Shown here piece by piece: positions 9,840 through 19,200 of a stretch of DNA of 41,267 nt (positions are counted from its first letter, which is position 1; each line of letters begins with the position of its first letter). Source of the stretch: Nanobdellati archaeon (GTDB lineage Archaea > B1Sed10-29 > JAGVWA01). The position numbers and the translations under genes are program-made. The DNA is taken from assembly GCA_018304505.1 (NCBI GenBank), contig JAGVWA010000013.1, positions 1-41,267 on the forward strand. The letters are read 5' to 3'. The notes beneath the pieces are model-generated. The model had not been told where the DNA came from. It did not search any database and saw only the letters and a program-made list of their open reading frames with translations.

Positions 9840-10349
9840 ATGGCACAACTGATTGGCAGGAGAGGGAATTATAACTTTGACTTCATAATAGCCCTCGCGT
9901 TTTTTCTGGGATTCTATGCCACGATTTTCACCATACTGCCATATTACGAGGTGCAGCCGACAATTATCGAAGACCCACTTAAAGAGGAATCAGCATACCT
10001 TGAACACGTCTTAATCAGAACCCCAGGATACCCATCTAACTGGACAACCCTCTCTGAAGTGCAACGAATCGGGCTGGCTGTTGAAAATGAAACAATAGAA
10101 TACGGCATACTCGACAGCAACAAGGTTCTCGCAATCAATGCGCAGGACTGCAGCGCCTTGCAGCACCTATCTGGGATAACAACGAACTTCAAGATACGCA
10201 TAGAAACAGGCAGCACAAGCTATGAGTGCAACACCTCGATTTCAGGCGCTGCGCGGTACCTCGAAAAACCAGTAAGCATACGCGAGGACAACGCAACCGC
10301 AATGACGGTGGCTTATGAAACGGGAAAAATAAGGATATGGATCTGGTGA
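9840..10349 (+). CDS. Pilin-like protein with class III signal peptide
   Basis: RRG|NYNFDFIIALAFF (acidic +5), TPGYPSNW...IGLA motif, C-terminal KIRIWIW strand. Confidence 0.75.
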   Translation: MAQLIGRRGNYNFDFIIALAFFLGFYATIFTILPYYEVQPTIIEDPLKEESAYLEHVLIRTPGYPSNWTTLSEVQRIGLAVENETIEYGILDSNKVLAINAQDCSALQHLSGITTNFKIRIETGSTSYECNTSISGAARYLEKPVSIREDNATAMTVAYETGKIRIWIW

Positions 10350-10356
10350 GCTGGAA

Positions 10357-12504
10357 ATGAAACGCGGAATGATGTACATGCTTGAGGCCATACTGGCCAT
10401 TTTTATATTGTTCAGTTTCCTGGTGAACATTGAAAAGCCGATAACGCCGCAGGTCTCAAATGTAGGCAACGAACCGCGGCTCTTCGAATTCGCGACAGCA
10501 GCAACCCAGATCCTCTGCAACAACCAGGACCTAAGGGCGTACCTTGCTAATGACACGCTGCAATTCACGAACCTCACGTCATACCTGCCAGAAGACCTCG
10601 GCTATGCATTCTACCTCTTCAACCAGTCAGGAAACTTGACCGACAGCTTCATCATTGGAGAAAGAGAACGCGATGCCGAAACCGTGGGCCTGTGGCACTT
10701 CAATGAAAACCAGGGCACACAGGCAAAGGATTATAGCGGCAACGGTTACCATGGAACCCTCGCAGGAACATCATTGCCGCAGTGGGACACTGGAAAACTT
10801 AATTATGCCCTCAACACAACCAACGCAGGAACCACCAATAATGGAAACAGGGTCACTACCAGTTACCGTGAGTCAATGGGTTCCGAAGGCACGATCATGT
10901 TCTGGTTATACATAAACCTGTCAAGCGAGCAATACCTAATCTCAAGAGGATATGACGGCTACTCGCTCAGGATACTTGGGCAGAAAACCCAACTGCGCGA
11001 CGATAATCAATACATTGCAGGCAACGCGCCAACATCAGCCAATGTCATCCCACTAAACACATGGACCCATGTCGCTTTTACATGGGGCCCGACCAACGGC
11101 ATCAGGATATTCCACAATGGCGTTCAAGAAGCAAGCGCAAGCTCAGCAACCGGGGAACTGTGGGCGCCGCGGGCAACTGACACGAACCTGACAATGATGG
11201 CCCGCGCAGGCACTGGAAACATTGAAAATGACAACGCCTTGCAAGGAAAAATGGACGAAGTGATCTTCCTAAGCACGGAGTTGAACAGCTCGCTGATACT
11301 CGAGGCGTACACGAGCCAGACGGCAGACACATCCGGTTTAGGAAATGAAACTACCGCAAGCAGCTCATGCATCATAAGCGGCTGGCTGAACCCAGTACCG
11401 GGGCTGCTGACAGACCACTTCACAGACAACTCGCAAAACAACACCCTGAACAACGTCACAATAGACGAGTTCACCACCTTCAATTCTTCAGGCGGAACGC
11501 AAGAAGAATCAATAGCCCTAGCTGGAAACATTCCTGAAACTGACGCAAACACGATCACCCTGTTGCGCCTTGACGAGACATCAGGAACCACGGCATTTGA
11601 TGAAACCGGAACTAACAACTTCACAGTAACAGCGCCCAACAGAACAAATGGACGCTTCAACATTGCGCTGAACTTCACCAATGACGGCTTCAACGACGGC
11701 AACGCGAGGGCGTACTTTGAAGCAGCCCGCAATCTCCAAACCCCATTAAAGAACTTCACGTGGGCCGCTTGGGTGTACAGAACAGGGGCAAGCGATGACA
11801 GCCCCGTACTTTTCGAAGAGCGTCAGCTTAGCGGTGGTGATAACACGCTCAATGTTTTCTTACGCGCACTATCCACTGGTGTAGTACAATACATACACTC
11901 AAACTGTACAAACAGCTACTCAAGCAGTGTAATCACATCAACCGGCGCAATCCAAACCGGGGCTTGGGCACACTTGGCATTTGTCAGAAACGGCACAAAT
12001 CTAAAGATCTACGTCAACGGAGTTGTGAAAGCCAACAGCGTAATAGCAGCGGACTACTGCACCACAGGCACGCGGCGCTGGAACTTAGGAGAGGGTAACT
12101 GGAGGAACACGGACTTTCAAGGAATCATTGACGAAGTCCTAATACAAAACACGGCCATGTCTGAACAGGAAATTCAGGCACTCGCTGCATTCAACGGCAC
12201 TTTACTTAGCAAGCAAATCAGCAGGCAGGACGCAAACTTCACGACAATTGAAATCACTGAAACTGATGCCAGCGGATTCTTAACAATCGACATCGTGAAC
12301 GCGTCTGACACGTCTCAAGTGCTCGTGGCGAACGTGAGCAATGGTACAGACATATCGAATGCCAACGACAATATTATAGTGCGCGCGAACTTCACAAGCA
12401 ACGGATCATACTTCCCAACGCTTGACTACTGGGCGGTTAGCCTAGACAGGCAGTACTTCACGTACGCGCCAAAAAAAATCACAGGGGCATTCTGGAATAG
12501 ATAG
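10357..12504 (+). CDS. Pilin-like protein carrying two LamG (concanavalin A-like) domains
   Basis: MKRG|MMYMLEAILAIFILF; LamG1 aa ~106-319 (GLWHFNE..DYSGNG, WTHVAFTW, GKMDEV); LamG2 aa ~396-611 (LLRLDE, WAHLAFV, IYVNG, FQGIIDEV); GGTGA RBS. Confidence 0.85.
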   Translation: MKRGMMYMLEAILAIFILFSFLVNIEKPITPQVSNVGNEPRLFEFATAATQILCNNQDLRAYLANDTLQFTNLTSYLPEDLGYAFYLFNQSGNLTDSFIIGERERDAETVGLWHFNENQGTQAKDYSGNGYHGTLAGTSLPQWDTGKLNYALNTTNAGTTNNGNRVTTSYRESMGSEGTIMFWLYINLSSEQYLISRGYDGYSLRILGQKTQLRDDNQYIAGNAPTSANVIPLNTWTHVAFTWGPTNGIRIFHNGVQEASASSATGELWAPRATDTNLTMMARAGTGNIENDNALQGKMDEVIFLSTELNSSLILEAYTSQTADTSGLGNETTASSSCIISGWLNPVPGLLTDHFTDNSQNNTLNNVTIDEFTTFNSSGGTQEESIALAGNIPETDANTITLLRLDETSGTTAFDETGTNNFTVTAPNRTNGRFNIALNFTNDGFNDGNARAYFEAARNLQTPLKNFTWAAWVYRTGASDDSPVLFEERQLSGGDNTLNVFLRALSTGVVQYIHSNCTNSYSSSVITSTGAIQTGAWAHLAFVRNGTNLKIYVNGVVKANSVIAADYCTTGTRRWNLGEGNWRNTDFQGIIDEVLIQNTAMSEQEIQALAAFNGTLLSKQISRQDANFTTIEITETDASGFLTIDIVNASDTSQVLVANVSNGTDISNANDNIIVRANFTSNGSYFPTLDYWAVSLDRQYFTYAPKKITGAFWNR

Positions 12505-12519
12505 CATTAGGTGGAATGA

Positions 12520-12837
12520 ATGATGAAAGGACTGAAAAACGGAATGAAAAAGGGAACGCGGGGAATGCAGCGAGGACAACTGATGATTATCATGGCGCTA
12601 GTGCTGGTTTTCTTGACTGCACAGTTTATCGGGGTTTACGTGACAGACATTGCCACAGAACAAGAAACGCAAAACTCGCGTATTGACACGCAGTCAATGA
12701 TCATTACGAACATCGAAAAGGAACTCACGTTAGTGGTATCGATGGACCCGACAAACGACACCAGGATTGACGAATTCATAAACTTCTCAGTTGATTACGC
12801 TGCACAGCGCGGCTTTGACTTAAACATAACGACGTGA
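12520..12837 (+). CDS. Small pilin-like protein with class III signal peptide
   Basis: QRG|QLMIIMALVLVFLTAQFI; alternative starts at 12544 and 12565. Confidence 0.7.
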   Translation: MMKGLKNGMKKGTRGMQRGQLMIIMALVLVFLTAQFIGVYVTDIATEQETQNSRIDTQSMIITNIEKELTLVVSMDPTNDTRIDEFINFSVDYAAQRGFDLNITT

Positions 12838-12843
12838 TACGCA

Positions 12844-14256
12844 ATGAAAAGATTACTCATCGCACTAATACTATTGCTTCCAATGGCCTATGCCCCCCAG
12901 ACATTTGAAGATTTTTTCGACAACCAATCCTTTATTGATGAAATAAACAATCTAGAGATCTCTAACAGCGCCGCGCAGATATCAGGAGCCAACACGACCG
13001 GTAATTTAACATCTATCGAAATCTCGGCGCCAAGCAACCACCTCATAACCTTTACTTACAACACATCAAATGCCACGGAGGTCCAGCCTGACGACTTCAC
13101 AACGGGTTTGTGGCATTTCAATGGCACTACTGCAGAAGCTAGCGGAAACGGCAGCACGGCCTCCCTGCAAAATGGAGCTACGTTTTCTACAGGCTTATAC
13201 GGACAGGGTCTTTACCTTGACGGGATCAATGATTGGGTTGAAACAAACACTGGCACGATAGCCACCTCCGGCACTGTTGAGCTCTGGTTCAAGCCAAACG
13301 TGAATCTGCCGATTTCAGGCGGCGTAGTGAACAGGTACATTTTTAGCAGGATCGACGCGCGCCCCAATGCATTTATGGTGCCTGACGGCAGGATAGTGTT
13401 CAATCTCTACACAGGCAGCCACCAGTACGCGTTCTCAACTACCAACTCATGGCAAGAAGGCAGATGGTACCACTTGGCATTCACATGGGCCCCAGGAACA
13501 ATGAGCACCTATGTCGACGGCACCAAGCAGGCAACGACAACATACAGCGGCAGCATGGACACGCTCGCAGGAACATGGAGACTTGGATTGAGCTTCAGCA
13601 CTGCACAGCCACCGAATGCAACAATTGACGACTTTGTTTTATATAATTATCCAAGGACTGCGCAAGAGATCCTTGATGCGGCAAGGCGTGACAACATTTC
13701 AATCAGCATTCTCAATTCAAGCGACAACTCGACCATAATTAGTGACACATCAAATGGCACCGACTTGACATACCTGGCCGGCACCACCATACGCCTCTTT
13801 GCGGGGCTCTTCAAGGTAGGCACAAAATTCCTTGATGAATGGAAAATCACTTCAATCGAAAACATTTCAACGCGTGGAACCAGCGGCTTCGTTTCAGTCT
13901 CGCCAAGAAAGCCATTCATTGATGAAATCGTTACATGTGAAAACTCAACAGACTTCGGAGAAAACCTGACCTATCGGTGGTTCATAAACTCTATTGAACA
14001 GCTTGATGAGAACTCCTCAACCCTCGACTTGACAGGCCTCGCCTCGATAGGTGACATTATCCAATGCTCAATAACCTCAGCAAGCGTTTCTGAAAGATTC
14101 TCTCCAGAAACCGAAATCGGGGCATGTAACGTGAACATCAAGTGTTCAACCAGCCAGTGCAACAAGCGCCGCGACTTCACCATATCGATTTCTCCAAAAT
14201 CCGGCGCGCAAACCATTGCACATAGTACGTTCAAGCGCGTTTGTTACGCTTCCTGA
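12844..14256 (+). CDS. Secreted LamG-domain protein with C-terminal Cys-containing Ig-like region
   Basis: Sec signal MKRLLIALILLLPMAYA; GLWHFNG, GLYLDG.NDWV, GTVELWFKP, WYHLAFTW, YVDG, IDDFVLYN; TC...YRWFIN...GDIIQC. Confidence 0.85.
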   Translation: MKRLLIALILLLPMAYAPQTFEDFFDNQSFIDEINNLEISNSAAQISGANTTGNLTSIEISAPSNHLITFTYNTSNATEVQPDDFTTGLWHFNGTTAEASGNGSTASLQNGATFSTGLYGQGLYLDGINDWVETNTGTIATSGTVELWFKPNVNLPISGGVVNRYIFSRIDARPNAFMVPDGRIVFNLYTGSHQYAFSTTNSWQEGRWYHLAFTWAPGTMSTYVDGTKQATTTYSGSMDTLAGTWRLGLSFSTAQPPNATIDDFVLYNYPRTAQEILDAARRDNISISILNSSDNSTIISDTSNGTDLTYLAGTTIRLFAGLFKVGTKFLDEWKITSIENISTRGTSGFVSVSPRKPFIDEIVTCENSTDFGENLTYRWFINSIEQLDENSSTLDLTGLASIGDIIQCSITSASVSERFSPETEIGACNVNIKCSTSQCNKRRDFTISISPKSGAQTIAHSTFKRVCYAS

Positions 14257-14280
14257 GCCCACGCACGCCCAGATACTATA

Positions 14281-14314
14281 TATACCCATGTTGCGCCTAT
14301 ACCCACATTGCGCC
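14281..14314 (+). repeat. 17-bp imperfect tandem direct repeat upstream of a TATA box
   Basis: tatacccatgttgcgcc / tatacccacattgcgcc (15/17 identical); TTTATA at 14352. Confidence 0.75.
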
Positions 14315-14420
14315 CCCATTTAACCCCTGCAGAGTGACAACCGGGAAAACATTTATATACAACATAAAGGAAAAGGTATCCAGAATAATAATGCAACAAT
14401 TACCAAAGGGGCAACGGGAC

Positions 14421-16262
14421 ATGGACAAACTCAAAATTCTCGTAAACGCAATGCTTACTATAATATTACTAGCGCAGCTCGGGCTATCTTCGGTAACAGT
14501 CCTGTTTCCGCCAAGCAAACTCGACGCTGGAGTTCCCAGTTCGCAGATGCAGGTAATGCTCGCAGGAGGCCCTTACCAGGACATCACATTAAGCGTGTCC
14601 TCTCCGGGTTGCATCACATTCAACTCAACGCAGGAAACCATTACCGGCCCAGTAGGCCCATTCCCATTCTACATAGACTTCGAGATAAACGGCACCCAAC
14701 AGAGCTTATGCGAAGTCACTGTCGCAATGACGGCCACTGACAACGGCGCAGGGGGCGCGCAGGTAAACCAGACGTCTGATCCGGTTTACATAACAATATA
14801 CCCCAACACTATAATAACCACACAGACCTACTTCGACAAAGCGTACTTAGTGACAAATGAAACCAATAACGTTTACATTAACGTCACAAATTCAGGAATA
14901 GGGCAGGCCACCAACATCACGGTCTCATTGTCAGTAAACGAGTCAGACAACATAACACTTACAAATGTAACACAGGTCATCGATGTTCTCAACGAATCAA
15001 GCACAGCAACACTTTTTTTCAGAGCAAACCCAAGTGAGCTGCAGAACTTCACATTCAACTCGAACTTTTCATACAACAAAAACACGAGCACTGGCGCTCA
15101 ATTCGATACTGACAACACTACAACAACCATGCTTTCACAGCCCGGCTTCAGGGACCTTGCAATCGCAAGCATTGAAACCGACTCGCCACTACGGGACCTT
15201 AGCGGCACAGTAACAATAACCATAGCCAACTACGGAGAGGTCACAGAAAACAACAGGACACTATCCTTATACTTGAACGGCAACAGCACCGGAAATGTAT
15301 CTGTAAACATGACTCCTGGTGAATCACAACAGCACAACTTCACATTCATATCAGCAGCAAACAATTCAATAACAGCAAGCATCGAAGAGCTGCCAGACGA
15401 CGTAAACCTGAGCAACAACAACATGACCCTCACTTACATCCCACCTGCGCCTGGAGTGCCGGCCCAGCCAAAAGAAGAATTCATAGACACAAGCAGCGGT
15501 GGACCTGTCGGAGGTTCAGCAACACAGGGCAGCCAAAAAACTTTCCAAATCGCAAACGTCGACAGTGGCGAGCAAAAACAATTATCTGTGAACTCACAAA
15601 ACCTGCAAAGCCTTACAGTGACATTCGCAAATCAGATTGACAGTGCAAAAATAATAGCCATAACACACAGCTCAACAACGCTAATGCAGCTTCCGAGCGA
15701 CTTCACGGCAATACAGTTCTTCCAAATAGAAACCGAATCCCTGCCCGCAGGGTCAATAAGCTCTGCAACGATTAACTTCAAGGTATCAAAATCACTGCTA
15801 GAAAGCAACAATGCTAAACCTGAATCGGTGTTTGCCCTGCACAACAACAACGCACAATGGATACTATTGCCAACAACCCTCGTTGACGAGGACAGCGCGT
15901 TCTATTATTATGAGGCCCAGACACCATCATTCAGCTACTTCGCCATATCGTTTGTTAAACCACAAGCTGAAACGCAGGAAGGGCCCGGGAACACAAGCAC
16001 ATCACAAACAAGTGAAGAATCAACATCACAACAGCTAGACCCAACAGGATTAGTGTCAAAGGAAACAGGCACTGTCTTAAACACTACAAAGCAAACAAAC
16101 GAAACAAAAACCACAAGTGATAGCGGCACTTCAATCACCGGCGAGGCCATCCTTGGGGGCTACGGCAACATTGCCATAGGCCTGGCAGTGCTCGCCTTGT
16201 TAGGATACGGATATTTCAGATACGTAAAGCCACGCAATGGCAAACGCAGGATGAGGTTGTAG
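14421..16262 (+). CDS. Cell-surface protein: CARDB/Ig-like domains, PGF-pre-PGF domain and C-terminal TM anchor
   Basis: Signal-like MDKLKILVNAMLTIILLAQLGLS; DLAIASI..TIANYG..D.NLSNN (CARDB); ATINFKV...W..LPT......YYEAQTPSFSYFAI; S/T linker, TM, basic tail. Start 14391 also possible. Confidence 0.85.
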   Translation: MDKLKILVNAMLTIILLAQLGLSSVTVLFPPSKLDAGVPSSQMQVMLAGGPYQDITLSVSSPGCITFNSTQETITGPVGPFPFYIDFEINGTQQSLCEVTVAMTATDNGAGGAQVNQTSDPVYITIYPNTIITTQTYFDKAYLVTNETNNVYINVTNSGIGQATNITVSLSVNESDNITLTNVTQVIDVLNESSTATLFFRANPSELQNFTFNSNFSYNKNTSTGAQFDTDNTTTTMLSQPGFRDLAIASIETDSPLRDLSGTVTITIANYGEVTENNRTLSLYLNGNSTGNVSVNMTPGESQQHNFTFISAANNSITASIEELPDDVNLSNNNMTLTYIPPAPGVPAQPKEEFIDTSSGGPVGGSATQGSQKTFQIANVDSGEQKQLSVNSQNLQSLTVTFANQIDSAKIIAITHSSTTLMQLPSDFTAIQFFQIETESLPAGSISSATINFKVSKSLLESNNAKPESVFALHNNNAQWILLPTTLVDEDSAFYYYEAQTPSFSYFAISFVKPQAETQEGPGNTSTSQTSEESTSQQLDPTGLVSKETGTVLNTTKQTNETKTTSDSGTSITGEAILGGYGNIAIGLAVLALLGYGYFRYVKPRNGKRRMRL

Positions 16263-16263
16263 A

Positions 16264-19200
16264 ATGTTTAGCAAAAAAATAAGCACCCTGATCATTGTTA
16301 TGCTCCTATTCAACGCCACCATAGGCTACGCAGCTGCGCTTGACAGCGTCACCGCATTCGGCAAAGCCACTGGGGGTTTCCTGAAAAAAACAGGCAATGC
16401 CCTGGACAAGTACGCAGCAGAGCCGCTGAAAGACGTGGGTGGTGCTGCAATTGCGGCAAGCAGCAGTGCAAAAAACAACGTCGTGTCAAAGATAGTTAAA
16501 TCAAGCGCGGTGGGCAAAATCACCAGCTCTACCAAGACTATTGGAAAGGAAATCAAAAACAGCATCACTGACACTATTAAAAAACCCCTACCCAACATTG
16601 ACACATCATCTCTTTCAAAACTATCACCAATTGGCTCGACAAAAGCGCAATCAACTATTACAACTGCACCTAACGCCAGTAAACTCTACGGCCCAACCAA
16701 ACCGACCATGGGTACACCTATGGCTGTTATTGACGCATACCTCTGTGGCTCTGCTGACGGGGGCTTTGTTGAGGGTAGTAAAAACATCAGCTTGACAAAT
16801 GGCAAGACTTACCGAATATGCGTCGTGTACCGAGACAACAATGGTCTACCCATCCTTAGAATGGACGCTAAATTAAACGCCTCATTATTTGGGGAAATAA
16901 AATATCTTAAAAATCATGATGGCATTTTCGAATTCGAATTCACCCCAAATCAGATAGGCACGGTTTCTGCAACCTTCACCTTAATTGGCGACACCTGGCC
17001 AAAACCCAAAGCAGTTCAAGGAACATACACAACTGACCTTGTGATTAGCGAAATAAATAAACTATATTCGCCGTATATCCACGCAATAAAAGACATTACT
17101 ACCAAATCAGGTGCTGGCCAGACAATAAACCTGAAGGACTACGTTGTTGATCCTGACACAAGCCTTGACGACCTGCAATTCACGGTTTCCAGTCCAAGGG
17201 ACCTAAATGTAACCCTCAATAATGAAAACAAAGTGTTAACAATAAAAATACTTCCCAGAACCACGGACGGCGTCAGATGGGTGCCACTGACAGTGACCGA
17301 CCCAGAAGGCAACTCGGGCACTAGAACAATCAAGGTCAACATCAAGAACACTGTTAAGGCAGACAAGTGGTGGGGCGAGTTTTTGGGGGGATCAAAAAAC
17401 AGTATACAAAACGTTGGCTTGTGTGCAGACCCAAATGCAAAGGACGATGACGGCAGAATCACTGTATTCGACAATCAAGTATACGAGGTCTGCTTGTACT
17501 TCAAGGAAGATGACGATTGGAAAAAAACACTCTGGCAAGACGGGGAATACACTGACTATCAGCACGGCACATTGAAAATGAAGAAACGCACGGGCAGCAC
17601 GTTCAAGTTCGAATGGACCCCAACGGCAATAGAAACAACGCAGGAGTTTGTTGATGTCACTTTTAAAATAAACTACAAAACAAAGGGCTTGATTTTCAAG
17701 AGCCCGACCTTCACAAAAGAGTACACCCAACGATTCGTGATAAAGCACGCTAACAGGCTGGCTATTGAACCCTTTCCGATACAGCTATACGCAGGCAGTG
17801 GCGCCAACAGCATCTCACTAGACAGTTTACTACCAGAGCAAACCAGAGCGCAAATCACTGCATATCCAACCGGCGTTCTTCAATGGGAAGTTGAATCAGA
17901 CAATGAAAATGTTGATGCAAAAATCGAGAACGACGCATTGATAATAACGCCAAGAAGCGGCTTCAGCGGGCCGGTAACCCTAAACCTTACTGTAAAAGAC
18001 GGCTATGGCGCCAGCGTGACATCGCAACTCAGCTATGACGTGACTAGCGTGAATGACGCGCCAGAGATCGCTAAAAAGACCATACCACTAAACGGCCAAA
18101 AAGGATCACCCCTCGAAGTAGTAATAGAACTTGATGACAAGGACAGCAGCAGCTGGACCGCAGGGGGCAACCTGTTCCAACAAAAGAGCATCACTGACAA
18201 AGTAATAACACTTCAGTATTCCCCGACTGATGCTGACGTGCAGGCTGGCAGAATAACAGATACTATAACAATAACTGATGATAACGGGGCATCAATAACT
18301 GTTGACGTGTCAATACAAATTGAAGACGTGCAAATCGATGACATAACTGATGATGTACCGCCAGTCGACGAGATAACCCCAACAGGGACCCAAAATTTAG
18401 CCCCTGTTTTTAACAGCATTGCTGACCAAACTACGGATGAGGACACCCCCTTGATGATAACGCTGATAGCAACTGACGCGGAAAATGACACAATAATATT
18501 CACAGCAGCCTCTGTGAACAACGTGGTTGCGACAATAGAGAATAATCAATTAACAATAACTCCAACAACCAACTGGCATGGTGTCGTACCGGTGCAAATA
18601 AACGCAAGCGACGGAGAACAAACAACAACGCAAATGATTGCTGTAACCATAGCGCCAATAAATGACAACCCAATAATTGACATTACACCCTCAGTAATAC
18701 CAACCGACATCGCACACATAAGTACTCCAATTCAACTCAAATTAAAGATCACGGACATTGACGGAACAATAACCACTGTTAGAGGAAACAGGTTTATCTA
18801 CCAAGGCACCCAAGACGACATCTACACCCTTCAATATTACCCAATGCAACAAGACCAAGACAGAGGAAACATTACCGACACGATCACGGCAATAGACAAC
18901 GACGGCGGCACCGCCACACTCCAAGTCAAATTCAACGTGTACCAGCCCCCAGCAAATCAAGCGCCAGTAATTAATTCAATATCTGAAGCCTTCTCGGAAC
19001 TTGACACGATAACAATGTATGAAGACACGCCATTTTCAGGAACGATCAACGCAACCGATGCTGATAACGACCAACTAACATACTCAGGAACTGGCTCCAT
19101 AAATCTCCAAGTCTCAGTCAACACAGACGGGGCATACACCATCACGCCTGCACAAGACTTCAACGGAACAGAAAGCATAACCCTACAAGCCAGTGACGGC

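Noticed and set aside
14241-14390. ORF-track N-terminal extension of the PGF-pre-PGF protein
   Set aside because: It spans a TATA box and direct repeat and precedes the signal peptide, so it is probably non-coding.
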